Below, piece by piece: positions 1 to 13,400 of a stretch of 64,000 nucleotides of DNA (positions are counted from its first letter, which is position 1; every line of letters begins with the position of its first letter). Both the position numbers and the translations under genes were made by a program. The notes beneath the pieces were generated by a model. It saw only the letters and a program-made list of their open reading frames with translations, was not told the DNA's origin and made no database searches. Source of the DNA: Chlorokybus atmophyticus (lineage: Eukaryota; Plantae; Mesostigma and Chlorokybus algae); assembly GCA_009103225.1 (NCBI GenBank), contig RHPI01002438.1:750755-814754 (forward strand), in the 5' to 3' direction.

Positions 1-77
1 GAGCAGAGTCCAGCATGTAACCACAGCATGTAGCTTGGCTGTGTATGTTGTGGTTTGTCGCTCACCGGCGCGTGCGT

Positions 78-1355
78 TCCAGGTGTTCCAGGTGAGAAGC
101 CCCGGAAACGCGGGGTACCCGGCAAGATAGGCATACCAGGCGACCCAGGGTCATTTCAACTGCAGGCGTTTCGTCTGCACAAGGTTCGCCGCAGTGAAAC
201 CAGATACCAAATTTGGTGTGCGGTTGATGATGTTTGTCTGCATTTTGGTCCAACCTGACCTTTGTTGCTGTCTTTCGCATGCACAACAGGCAGGTTCAGA
301 AGCTGAAGTCCTGTGCGAACCGCGGCACGTCGCCTCGGCGATAGACATTCGAGGTCACATCGGCTTGGACCTAACATTGGGCTACTTGAACATTGCCGAC
401 TGCAATGCTGGTGAGAAAAGACACTTGTACTTTGCATAAAGACACAACGCATTTTCCTCGCATGAACATGCGAGTGTTAAGATTTGTTGTGTGTCTGCTG
501 TGTGATGATGTAGTGCCGGAGCTGGTGGCCTTTGCGTTTGCCGTGGGTGTGCTGCGCCTCATCTCTTCGCGTGTGGCAGTGTCAAAGGAGTTGACCAAAG
601 AGGAAATTGTGAGCAAGCCGTACAACGGTTGTCGGTGTTGCACCCCGGAAAAGTTGTTCTGAATGCTGACACTCATCCCCTGGACACAACGCTAAACTTA
701 TAACTTTGTTTTCAGGAACTGTATCGGCAAGACGTGCAGAAGTACCCGCAGCACAGGAGACGTCTGAACAGCAGACAGACAGCTCAAGCCCGCGACATGG
801 AGAAGCAACAGGTGTGCGCACCATCACCATCGCACACGTACACCTGCACGTACCCATACACATGCAACCACACCCACACGCACTCCCGCACAGCCCTGCA
901 CGTGCACACACACACGCACGCACGCATGCACGCACATGTGAGAGGGAACTTAACATCACCCAAAATAGTATCTGGGTGTGTATCTCGGGTCCACAACACT
1001 GCGCTGTTGTCCACAACACACTGCGCAGCGCGCATGCACGGTGTGACAAGCACGCTGTGTGCAACAGGTGTTGCTTACTTCTGCGGGCGCGGGGTCTGAT
1101 CGTTATTTCCCTTATACGGGAGCAACAGCACTGCCGTTCAGCGCCTCCACAACTGATTACAATTCTACGGCGGCAATACCATCAACGCTGTACATTGTTA
1201 TGGCCACCGAGAACGGGAACTGCGATGGTTGCGGTGGTTGCGGCGGTTGTGGAGGTTGTGGAGGTTGTGGTGGAGGTGGATGTGGAGGTGGCGGAGGCGG
1301 AAGTGGATGTGGAGGAGGTGGATGTGGAGGATGTGGAGGATGTGGAGGCGGATGA
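78..1355 (+). CDS. 3' part of a spliced gene (5' end uncertain, possibly outside the window); unknown protein ending in a Cys/Gly (CGG)n tail
   Basis: Phase-compatible GT-AG exons at about 78-183, 290-410, 514-608, 716-811 and 1069-1355 give ...AGSEAEVLCEPRHV...VPELVAFAFAVGVLRL...ELYRQDVQKYPQ...ENGNCDGCGGCGGCGGCGGCGGGGCGG...CGGG*. The first exon is the least certain. Confidence 0.6.
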
Positions 1356-3783
1356 GGCGATTGAACATTGGCAATCGTGTGTCTTTGTTAAAGTCATCCC
1401 ACTGTGCAGCTCAGTGCAGGCAGCGCAAGCCTCTAGAACCCATCATCACATGAGCACGAGCTTGCTGACGATCAAACAGGTTGTACATATTGCACACAAT
1501 GTGAAGTTATTGTGGTAGCTATGGCACAAAGGTGCCGCAAAGCTTGCAATATCCCATGAATAGGTCATGTGTACAGTCTGTTAACCCATGTTGTTGTGTT
1601 GTACTGTATGACTCGAACGCTCTGTACCGTATGCTCTGGTCTGCACCTGACATGTTCACCTTAGCAAAGCTGGTTGCATTTGCTGGCCCCCGGGATGCAG
1701 TGTCGTCCAAAGTCGACCAAACACAGCTGAGGGTGTCTGCATTGCTCATGAGAGTAATGAACCAGCATTCAAGTTTGACTTGCTGGCGTGCAAAATCTGC
1801 ATACGGCAACTGCAAGCGACAGCGCACATTTCTGTCATGGCAGTAAGCAACTCAGCAGGTGGACATGTTGGCAGAGCGTATGTGAGGCTTCGAACACTTT
1901 ACTTGTTTGTATTGTGTTGTTGAGGTACTCACGTAAAGTTTCTAAACAGCTGCCCCAAAACTTGCTTGTGTTGAGCTGGTTTGTGCACACATCTTCGCAC
2001 TCTTCAGGTTTATGAAATAATGTGTGCAAGTAAGCTGGTCACTATTACGGCGAACATGTCATTTGCGCTATGAATGTTGAAACCCGGTAGGTATTTTCCT
2101 ATATTTCTTACTTTAAAAGGGAACATTGCTATCACTTCTGGTCATAGCCAAGATGATTGCTGCAGCACGGAAACTTGCTTATCTACTAAAAATTGCCATG
2201 CCAACATCATATCGCTTATCAGATTGTCGCCAATGGCATAGTCACCATGAGCCGGAGCGTCCCTTACATCGTTGTGAGGGGAAGTGCATTCACTTGAAGA
2301 ACGTGCTTACAGCGAAGATGATAGCAAATACATGGGGCCTTATCGACCCAATTGTAAGGACGTATGTGCTTCTTTAAGTAAAAACTCGGCGAGCAATGGC
2401 CCATTTGTAACCACTTGTGGTAATGCTGGGAAGCGTAGCAGCACAAGATCGAATGCGGAATATAATATGAGTATATGTTAAAGGATATGAGATACAGCGC
2501 TAAGAGTGCACACGGCCGAGGTCTCAGTCATTCATATGGCGGGCATATGTGTTATGTGCAGCATAAAGCCAAGGCTATCACATGCATAATTTTTGTTATG
2601 CCGCGATACGTAAGTCATAGTATCAACCGCGAGGGCTTTGAGTTTTTAGTCTTTTCGCTGCAACTCCGCCTGAACTTTCAAGTTCAGGTCTCTTTCATTT
2701 CGAGCAAAAAAGTTTGCATGACATGTATAGGGTATACATCGTAGTCATCCCCAGCTACACACACATGCTTGGTGCGCAAACACGCACAGTATACGAGGAT
2801 AAGCCAGCGTAAACAAGCAAACACAATTATTACACCCGGGGCCTTTATTCAATCCACACCACACCAAGTGCCCTATGCTATGCAAGTGAGTCATGCATCA
2901 GGCGGCAGCAGCAGCCATCAACTTATGAGTTACATGCTTGTATAATGAGAGTGCAATGATCATGCCAATTAACAAACCATATCACATTCATTTGTATATA
3001 CCGTACATGTTAACGGCTGCAAGTTTTAAATAAGAGTGAGAAGGGGGGGGGGTGAGGATGATGTGTGAGGAGTTTATGCATTACAACATCAAGGGACACA
3101 CACGCACACAAGAGAATGCAAAATCTGTTTTCATTATATGTATATGTAAGTTTATACCAATCCAGCATGCATGAAATGGCCTGACATGGCTTGCAATTCA
3201 AGCAGGACACATCTCCTGCTCCTGTAGTTTAGGAATGAGGCAGAACCTCGCTGCCGCATAGAGAGAATTGGTTGGTAATACCAAGTTGTTATTACCAACC
3301 AAACTGGCGACTTTCTGCCGAAATGTATGTAACTGCATGCAGTGCATGGCGCAGCGCAAGGAATGCACATGGGCCAGGAACTGTTGCCAGTCACAAACTG
3401 GTAGCCGTCAGCCAATTAACCACAACGCGCTGCTCAAACTTGGCGCGTTATACTTTGATTTTCCGTGCACGTGCCAGAATTGTACGACAGTCTATTAGAC
3501 TGTGCGCACACAATGATAAGTTGCGGAACACAGCCGTACACACACTCCCCGCACGCCACCAAGCGTCGGTGCCGTCAACTCATCATGCCTGCGCCGACAA
3601 GCTCCCAGCGTCGCGCCCTAGACCACTGCGTCATCATGCGCACCCGGGCATCCTGTCCACCGCGGCGATGCTGTGCAATGAATGAATGAATGAACATTTC
3701 AGGCAAGCCCGTTGTTGGCGCAGTGTTGAGTGCAGGCGGCAGTGGTGGCGGCGGCAGCGGCGTTGTCAGCGAGGTCAGGCAGG

Positions 3784-5438
3784 ATGGCGCGGGCGGCGGC
3801 GATATGCGTGTGCATCTTGGCTGTGGTGACGTTTCTGGGAGCATCTCCAGCACACGGGCAGCAGTCGTTTGCCACTTCGCCCACCAGCTACGACTTCTTC
3901 CCGTCCAGCGCCCAGCAGTCCGCCGCCCTCCAGCTTGAGTTCTTCAACCAGGTGGGTGTATGCTGTTCACTGACAGTTGCAGCATTGTTTCTTCCGATGG
4001 TGTTATAGTCACCCGGTCATTCATAAGCGCCTCTACGAAGCCTCTCACGTCAAGTCTGCTCATGCCGAGGATATAGCTGCTGCTTGCATGCTGATCGGCG
4101 CTTCAACCCTAGCGCTCGCTTCAGCCTCTCGGCACATGCCTGCCTGCTTGCTTGCTCGGTTGCTACGTGAGGCAGGCTGCAGCAGTCGCCTCTTAGAAGC
4201 AAGTGCTTGATGTGAAATCTAACAGTTCGAGCTCAGATTTGTGGTCGCGATTGCGTGCATTAGCTGAATTGTAACGATGGCTATCATTGTTGCATGTGAG
4301 CTCCCAAACAGTAACAGTGGCGGCATGCGCACAGGTGTGGGAAGACTGCGTGACATGCGTCCCTGTGTCAGGCTTTACGAACGTGTGCCCCCAGCTCAAT
4401 GGTCAGGTGTTTATGGGCATCAACAACACCTGCCTGCAAAGAGTTCTTCTCACCCTCAATGCAACGGTATAGCGGATTGGAGTTTTTACTTGCACCTTCA
4501 GCACTTGTTGAGCTGACACCTGCTCACCTGTTTGTTGTGATATCTGTCACCGTAGTCGGTGTGCGCCCTCGTTTGCGACCAGTTTGGTCCCGACCTCGTC
4601 GAGCCAACAATTGCGAGCTTCACCGACATCAACTCCGCCGCCGCTTTTGCCAACACATTCACCCCTTTCCCCTCCGACTACGAGTCGGCGGTAAGTGTTG
4701 CTGTTGTCTTCAGCAGCAGAGCGCCACATGCACACGTGGCATCAGTATCAATCTTTGTCGATCTGATAATGTTGTACAACTCTTTTGTCTCAGGTGTCTT
4801 CCTTTGTGAATGCAAACGACACGCTGGGGCCAAGCTGTCCCTCGCGCGACGCGGTGCAGAAATTCATGTGCGACGTGTACTCGGTGCGCAGTACGGCGCC
4901 GTGCATTGCGAACCGTTTCGACCTGTACGGCCGCTATAACGTGCTCAAGACCACCAGCGAGAACACCAACATGGACGCCTACAGCACTCTCGAGCCCGTC
5001 AAGGCCGCCCTCGATACCAGTATTCTCGACAACCTTCCCTGCCAGTCTGTCGCCATCCAGGTAACTTGGCGATTGCCACATTGACAGGACATTGCGTGTG
5101 CGTGCATGTACGTAGTTCAATCTGCCCATGTTCAACCTGATGCATTGTTGCAGTGCATGGCTATGCATGTCGCATGTTTTATGTTTCAACCTTGATGCGA
5201 GTTGTTGGTGCTGATGCAGATGATTGCAACGGGTTGCATGCCACTTGATCGCAACTTCCTCATCGCCGTGTATTTCCTCCCCACGGTCGACTGTTACCCA
5301 GACATGAACTCGTTCCTTAACAACGGCACCAAGCTACAGGCCTCGCCTTCGCCCAACTCTGCGCTGTCCACCGCAACGCTCACCGTAGCCTCTGCGCTTG
5401 TATCTGCTGTGGTGGCTGCCATCGCCATGTTGCTTTAA
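3784..5438 (+). CDS. Secreted, probably GPI-anchored Cys-rich protein of unknown family (306 aa, 5 exons)
   Basis: Exons 3784-3951, 4335-4466, 4556-4690, 4794-5060 and 5220-5438, all joined by phase-0 GT-AG introns. N-terminal signal peptide MARAAAICVCILAVVTFLGASPAHG; 12 Cys in exons 2-5; C-terminus SPSPNSALSTATLTVASALVSAVVAAIAMLL* has small residues followed by a hydrophobic tail. Confidence 0.8.
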
Positions 5439-6078
5439 GTCAAACATGGACTGGCTTTCAATACGCGGGAAACCAAGTGCTAGTGGTAGTTATAGGTTTG
5501 CGTGAATCGGCCTCTTTTTGACATTGTAACTGCACTTGTTCGAACGGTAGAGACAGGGAGTTACGCGCCCTGCAATGTGTCGCAATAAGAATTTGGCAGT
5601 TTTTTCCGGGCGCCGACTGTACTGTGGCAATTGCATGCCATGTTTGCTTGTACTGTGATAGTATGCGAACATCTGTTCAATAGTACTTTGCACAAAGAAC
5701 TGCATACTGCATTGCGAACCAAATGCAAGTTCAGGACGGGCCAACAGGGGCTGCACCCGAGGCATGGATGGTGGGTTTGTCCCTGTCCCATTGCAGCTTT
5801 CCAGCCTCTCGCAGTCAAATGGATACTGACCTTACGCAGCACTGTACCAGTCAGTATGTTCACTGGCTCGAGTGTCGGATGACAAGACATAGAGTCATCT
5901 GACTGCTGCTTGTTTGCAAGACAAATAGGGAAAGGCTGGCACAAATCACAGAGAAAGCTAATATTAAGTTATTGAGTTACTTAGTGTGGCAACCGCTCAA
6001 CCAACAAAGGATGTTACCACCTTATTCAGTTGTAGGCTACTTCTCAACCAGCAATGCTCATCTTTTGCTCTTTCGTTC

Positions 6079-9000
6079 TTATTTTGACTGCAACGCAGCC
6101 TTAAGGACAACGTTGATGTCTTGAAAGTGCGCATTGAACATGGCGGGAGAGTAGCAGAAGTGCGTGCAATCGCGTGCAATGTGTCCAATGGGGAGCAAGC
6201 CCGGCCCGTCGTGGTGGGCGTTGAAGCGCGGGGCGGTGAGCTCGTAGAAGGGCACGAGGTGGATGTTGGGACGAGTCTGCAACACCTCCCGTATCCGCCC
6301 GTTCTGGTAAGATATCACGCTCTGGTGGTGCGCCGCATCGGTTAGCGCCTCACACGGCCCCCTCAATATGTTCGTGTGCAAAGCCGCGTCAAAGTGGCCT
6401 GTCAGTGGGAAGTGCTGCGCCGACACCTCCCGGAACAAAACCACCTGCAAGAGTTGTATCCTAGTTGGTATACCTGCTATGTTGGGTTGCACATGACGAT
6501 ACTGCAACAGATTGCAACACTACTACTCTACTGCGTGAAGCGCTGCCATGGTCTCAAATATTATACAATGCAAGTGTTCTAGCAAACAATGCAACTGCTC
6601 TCGATATTTTCCTGTGCCTTGCGTATTGTTGTTTATCGGACTATGTACCGCACTGACTGTGCATCATAGGGACGAATGGACCAGTAGTTACTGTATGGGT
6701 TGCTTCATGGTATTGGCAAGCTTTGAATTTGTCCAGCACAAACCACAACACAACAACTCTCCACCCTCACCTTATCAGATCGTCGTCCATAGGCCTCGAA
6801 GTACTCGGCGGCCTCGTCCAGATGCGCGTCAAACAGTGTCACGTTGGTGCCATAGTGCAGGCCAAACCCCGTCAGCACCACATCCGCCATCTCCAGCCAG
6901 GCCCTCATGTACACCGGCTCGAACGAGTTCACCCTCGGCTGCGCGGGGAAATACAAATAGTGCAGTGAGTCCAAATTGTTCAGCCATTGTTGTCACATTG
7001 CATGCATGTGTATACATATACACATGTATATACACAGTTGTGTGTGCGCGCGCCCGCATGTGTGTATGTGTACACAATTGCACATGCGCGCACATGCAGA
7101 CGCCCGTGTCCATGTGGACGCCTGCATGTGCCAACCAAGGAGTGTGCACGTGTCTGTATACACCTTCGCTCCCAACCACGCCTGTGTTTGTGCCAGTATA
7201 CATGCACACGAGTGTGTGCGCGCACACGTGCCAAACATGTAAGCGCGCACACGTGCCAAACATGTAAGCGCGCACGCCTGCCTTCCTGCAAGGACTCGCA
7301 TACAGCGCTTGTACATACCGCAAGGGTGGTGATGTTATAATTGGGCACCCTCCACACATTGCTCCCATCAATCTCCCATCGGTCCGTGGCGTTGTACGCT
7401 CGTGGCTTGTAATCCGACGTGTCCTCGGGTAGCGCGCGTAGTGTCCTCCAGACGTTGTCATAAGCGTCGAGGTCCTCCTCCACACCACCACTCAGACCAG
7501 CGTTCTCCAGCGCGCACATGAGGGCGTACCACGTCTGGCTCATCACGCTGTCGCCCATGATGAGGAGGGTCTTGCCTTCAAGCAAATGAAGCAGGTCGGG
7601 GAGAGCGGGACGGGAACTGGACGCCACGTACGGGTCCCATGTCTGCCAGTCCTCCACTCTGGGAGTTGGTCACGTGAAATGAGAACCACGCTTGTGTTGC
7701 TCGTGGTTTGACGTGGTTGACTGACAGCATGCGTGTATATATTGACGTGCGTAAGCAAAGGTGAGAGAGTCGTCCTTTAACACATGCGTGACAAATGTTG
7801 ACCTTGATAGCCGCCATCATCTGCAGTTAAGTACCCCCGCAACTCCCAAGTAACCGTAACCTCCATAAGAAAAACATGTGCAAGAAAATCTCATGCACAT
7901 GATGTGTACTTCAACTGTCAACAATATCAACTGTGCACGTTGCTGTGCCTCCAAGAAGGAACGTGCATATCAGCAGTACACAAACACACGCATGCTCACG
8001 CCATAAACATGCACACGTGTGTGCATCACACGCCCACAGATATGCACACGGTTGTACATGCCCATGTCCAAGGCTGTACCTGGCATATTGTTGGCAGAAG
8101 CTGCGAATTGGCTGGCGCCTCTCCCACGGGCCATTGGTCGCTGGATTGAAAACAACCATCAACCTCACCCAACACCATCACGCAGAGTTCAAGTAACCCA
8201 CCTAAGTAGATGCACGGCGGGGTGCGCTCGCACTGCACGGAATGGCCGTCACGTGTGGAGTGGCAGCGGCTGAGCTGGTCCGCGTGCGCGCGCCGGTCCG
8301 CAGCCTCGTCGGAGGTGACGCCATTGGCTGGCAGATTGTTGGGGTGCGACGTGTCTGGCAGGCCCTGCTGCTCGCTCCAGAACACCACGTCTGCGCAGCA
8401 TGTGTCTGTGTCTTAGAGCGTTATGAATGTGCTTGTGTTTGAGATGCGCTTCAGTTGCAGTTTACAGATACTCTTGCTTCGTGTTCCCCCAGTACTAGTG
8501 GAAATTTGATCAATAATCAATGCATGCACACATGCGCACACTCGCGCGCGCATGTGTACTGTACTCTGTTACGAGCACACACGTGCATGCGTGAGTGTGC
8601 ACGTGCATGAGTACTGGCAGATCACACAGACTCCAGGTACAACACCACATGTTTGTGTTTGTAACCTGGAGACAGCTTCTGACCAACTCAAATGAGCCGT
8701 GTTGACAATTCCTTGCCAAATGGTGTGAAGTATACATAATGGAATATGCATATACCAACATGCGACTCCTACAAGGCGTCGATATGACGTGAGCGCAAGG
8801 ACCAGGAGCTTTCTGAGTCATTGGCTTCGTAAACACCAAGGTCCTGCCATCCTAGCGCATGTACAGTCGCTGCACACCGTGAAGTGCGATATTCGGCATT
8901 CACCAATAGAATTGAGGCCAGCAAGTTGTTGCTAATTGCAATCTGGCTGTCGCAACAACCCTACAGACCAGTGCCTGTGCCCTGGCCATGGGCACACTGC

Positions 9001-9158
9001 ATGAAGTGCTGCTCAACCGAGCCTTGCACTCTCTCACACACACCTTCAGGGCACCAGATGAGGAAGGCGAGCAGCGGCAGGCCCACCAGCACCACCCCCG
9101 CCCCCCACCGCCGCCACAGCAGGGCGTTGCTGGTGGCGGCGGCGGAGTCCGTCTTCAT
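6079..9158 (-). CDS. TBL/DUF231 (PC-esterase, SGNH-like) polysaccharide O-acetyltransferase-like type II membrane protein
   Basis: First exon has a short N-terminus plus TM (WGAGVVLVGLPLLAFLIWC). LLEGKTLLIMGDSVMSQTWYALMC carries the GDS motif; VVLFREVSAQHFPLTGHF and LTAPRFNAHH...RDCTHFCYSP carry the DCxH motif. Approximate exons 9158-8969, 8390-8202, ~7656-7319, 6938-6771, 6444-6079; a mini-exon near 7803-7820 is possible. Confidence 0.8.
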
Positions 9159-9929
9159 GAACCCTCACCTAGCCCACCCCCGCTACCTCCGCACCAACCT
9201 GACGCCTGCAGTCAACAAGCCGCCCTCCCACACGCCAGCTGGCTTCTAGCCGATAATGTGACTTCAGGCCTCACCTCCAAGCATGCGTGTGCATGTGAGC
9301 CATCAGCACACCGCTGTGGTGACGTCAATGAACCTTTAGGCAAGTGACCTTCCAACGTCGCTACTGACTATCATTGAACAACACCAGTCACCAGCATGAA
9401 GTGCAATATGCATGCGCCGGACGCCTCAGCTCGCTGGGACACAAGTTTTGGGCAACTCGCGTTGCGGTGTAGGACCTAGTGGGGAAGAAAAGGTGGGAAC
9501 AAGACTTAGGCCTAAGCGAAACATTATAGCCTTTGCTCACACTGTCGATGTATGCGTCGCAGCAAGTTGACAACTTCCCGCGCTGACCGCGTGGCCTGAT
9601 GATGATCAGACTCAAGAGACTCGAGTCAAAGACGCATCCTTCCAGAATGGAAGTTGAAGCCATTGAGCAGCAGATTGCCCCCAGTGGCCCAAACTGTGGG
9701 CCACAATCATGCGGCGGATCTCGAACGGGCGTGAACCGCCTGGTTGTGTGCGATCCTGGCACGAAGGCGCCGGACATATTGTCCGGGACGATCGATGGGC
9801 CCGGTAGGCGGTGGCCGCTGCCTTGTCCAAACAAATCGGCTCTGTTGTATATGACACGCTGGCAGGGGGGCGTCATGCATCACGCTGCCGCGCATGCACG
9901 GCGTGCTGCGTGACCTTGCCAGTTGCCCC

Positions 9930-10400
9930 TGAGCAGTCAGAACAACGCGGTGTTGGACCTCTGCCGTGCAAGCGTCGCAATTCTCTCAGTGACGGCGCGT
10001 CGGCGGAGAATGCTTTGCGGCGCCAATCGACGTTGGGCGTCGGTGCGGGCGCATGGCTTGCAGCGTTACCGGTGACATCGGTGTTGCGGCTGTCCGCCGA
10101 CGTGTTTCGCGTGGCGGTACGGACTCGCCTGGCACTGCGCACCCGATGTTGGCCAACGTCACGCATTGCGTGTGCGGCGTCACGCTCATTCATTTGCTGT
10201 GCTGCCCTGTGGGGCGCAACAGGACCGCCACGCATGATGCGCTGCGTGACGAGGTTTATATACATGCGGGAGGCAGGGTACATGGTGAGCAGGCAGCCGG
10301 ACCGTTCGAGGGGGTTTCATCTTGCGAAAATGGCCGTGTCAATAGCGGGCGACAGGTCGCGGGTCCGAGGGGTTCCCTCTGAGTCGAAGTGGCGTGGTTT
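9930..10400 (+). mobile_element. Degenerate 3' coding end of a CRE-type (restriction-like endonuclease) non-LTR retrotransposon
   Basis: Frameshifted pieces AGAWLAALPVTSVLRLSADVFRVAVRTRL, then HCVCGVTLIHLLCCPVGRNRTATHDALRDEVY (CCHC-type knuckle plus RHD-like motif), then MREAGYMVSRQP. Interrupted at 10400 by the hAT. Confidence 0.6.
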
Positions 10401-13400
10401 TAGAGCTGGCACGTTACGAATAAAACCCGTTACACATTACACATTGAAGCAAAAATTTACGCGTGTAATAGATACACATCCATAACCGTGTGTAATATTA
10501 CAGATTGAGCCCTACACATTGATTACACATGCATTGCTCGACTTGCCCGATACCATAGCACATTTTGCATGCACATCATGCAAATTTATAACACTTTGAA
10601 CTGCAACGCACGAACACTGTATGTCATGTGCATGTTACAAGCATGAAACAAACTTACAAACTATTAGTCCAAGTCAAAGGAAAGCTGCTCTACCTCTTCC
10701 ACCGTCAACATTGGCTCTTTCTCTTCTCCCTCAAGGGGGGGCAAGTTCTTTAAGTAGTTAAGACAATCCACCCAGTCCTGAGCAGTGATGCAGCGAGCAT
10801 TGCGATCAAGAACGCGTTGATTGAAGAAGATGTACACTAACATGCCTACTCGACCAACAAGCAATGATCCTCGGCGCTTGCTCCACACATGGCTCCAGCA
10901 GGACCAGTTGCGCTCCGCACTTGCAGCCGTTGGGGCGATGATAAGCACCATCCTCGCAATGTCCAGCAACAACGACATGTTCTCGCCGTACTTGTCCCAC
11001 CAGAGCAGAGGATCACTGCCAAGTAAAGAATCGAAGGCATGTGGCGGAATGCCTAGTGCCTCAGGGTTGTCTTGATACTCGTGAAGTTGCCGAATGGCCA
11101 CAATACCTTTGTGCGGGTCTCCTAACAATGTCTGGGTGCATAATAAAGCATTATTGCAAGTCTTTAGTATCAAGAGCACATCATGACATGCTTACTGTGG
11201 ACAACTTCTCAGCCGAGGCCCGCTTTGCAAGAGGGATCAACAATAGCTTGGCCTTGTACTTTGGGTGCAGCATGGCAGCAAGGATAAAGACGTCATGCCA
11301 CCCATACTCACGCCTACGCTTCCATGCATGTTGTACCTTTGCCAACACTGGGTGCAGGTACTCATGATGAACGCAAGAGTCCACAGCGAATTGCATCTCA
11401 AATATTTGCCAATACGCATCTGCCAACGTGCATGAGTCTGACTCAAAAAAGGGCATAAATTGTAGCAGCAAAAGGTCTCAGAAACTCCTCCACTTGCGCA
11501 CAGCTGTTCCAAAATTCGTTGCTGAGAACAATGTCTGTAACTGCTGCTACTGCCTTGCGATCTTTGGCTGACACTCCCGTCGCATTGCTAGGAAAATCCG
11601 GATCGACAGTCAATGCGCGTAGTGGCCCTTTGTTAAGCAGGAGCGCGTGCAACATGCGTTGGTTGCTAGCAAAGCGTGTAGCACATGCTAGCTCCAACCC
11701 TTTTTTCACCTATATCAAAGCTCAATGAACACTAAGATGTCCAGCACATGCATGTTCAGCACGCATGCAAGACACTTGCATGCAAGCTTACTTGTTGGCG
11801 AGAGCGCATGGCAGCCAGGAGCAGTGTTTTGCTTATCATGTGCTTCAAAGTACTTTACTACAACCTTAGCCTTCTTCAAAGCATTGTCAATGGGAGGTAA
11901 GCCACCAAAGTCAGTGAGAAGCAGGTTGTACACACGAGCTAAGCAACCGAAGGTGATAAGCCGCGGCATCTCAGCTCTCATTAGCTTCCAGTACTTTGAC
12001 ATCACGCTTAGAGAATCTGTGACAATGGCAATGAGCTTAGACTGCAGCTCATGTTTCTCTAGCACTGCCAATGTGCGCTCCTTCAGAAACTCAGCTGACA
12101 ATGCACATTCAGTCAAGGCTATGCGTTACGCCCAGCATGATGACATGTGATACACACAATGTACAGCAAGCTACCTGTTACGCTCTCCCCGCCTGATGTT
12201 GTCATGTCCAGAAAGTAGGACTTGCAACCTATGCTTGCTTGAAAGTTAATAACATGTGTGTCACCTGCATGACACACCCTCATGCATGAAGACGCAACAC
12301 ATAGTCAGATGCGGGATTAGCATGTGCTGCACATCATGGCGGCCAAGTACCTTGTGTGCGTGACCACCCGTCCGAGTTTAATGTTACATATGGAGCAAAA
12401 CTGAACTCAGCCTTGACCTTGTCCACAATCTTGTTGTAGACAGTAAACAGGTGTTTTGTGCCTATGGTATGCCGGTGAGGTAGCTTGAAGCCAGGGCGAT
12501 AGGTTTCAAACCACCTCTTCACCGCTGGGTGCTCCACCCAATTGTGTGGAATGTTCGTCATGAAGAGTACTTCTGACAAACCCAACTGCACATGCAACAT
12601 TCAAAATATACCAACGCAATCACAAAGCGATCACACACTGCAACTCACCTGCATCTCTTCAAGCTGACTGGTAGTCAGCACATCAATACCAGTCCTCAAC
12701 TTGGCATTAGTCAGTGCAGGCTGACGTCGCGTGATTGCCGTGTCATTCAAGTCCTTGGCATCAATCAGCTGTTGAACTTGCTTGTCTGGGTTTCTCCTTG
12801 CAGCTTCAGATGCAAGATAGCCGCATACACGTGCATTCAACAAGTGTTTCTTATTGTGCGTAACGTTGGACAAGCCTCCTTTGAAAGTGCAGAACTTGCA
12901 TTGTCCTTTGCCATTTGATACAATGAATGCATCCCGCACCCAATCCTTCTTCTTCGTTGCATGATCAGACGCAAGTGATGGCAAGCCATGAGCAGGTCGC
13001 TTGTTCAAGTTGGCGTCAGGCAAGCTGCGGCCTATACGCAGAACTGCGGACCTGCTAACAGCATCCATGCACACTTAGTGCAAGTTTATCACATGATGAG
13101 AGATCACTAAGCAAATCTCAATCTTTATGCCTTATTGTTACCCTTAAGAGCTACCCCAACTTGTCGGCAGCTCAGACACACAACGGACTACGCTAGAACA
13201 GGGGCATGCACATTGTGCATTGCACCAGCACTTCCTCCCTTACCTGGTAGAGCCAAGAGCCGACGTTTGAGAACTCTCGCCAGCTCCGCTCCCATCCATG
13301 GACGTGCCATCAATCATCAAGTTGTTCCCCTCGCCATCCACCTACAGGCCGCCACCGCCGCCGCCGCCGCCGCCTGATTGCCAGGCTCCTGCAGCGGCCT

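Noticed and set aside
55-258. Collagen-like G-x-y ORF (GVPGEK...GVPGKIGIPGDPG)
   Set aside because: Only a few irregular triplets, too short for a collagen domain; treated as a possible exon of the upstream unknown gene.
706-1518. 270-aa ORF with a V/E/D-rich tail
   Set aside because: It reads through a CA-rich intron and is the shifted frame of the GGC/TGT repeat; splice signals favour the CGG frame.
2300-2350. SKYMGPYRP resembling the gypsy integrase GPY/F motif
   Set aside because: A single short motif in AT-rich DNA with no supporting integrase core that I could read.
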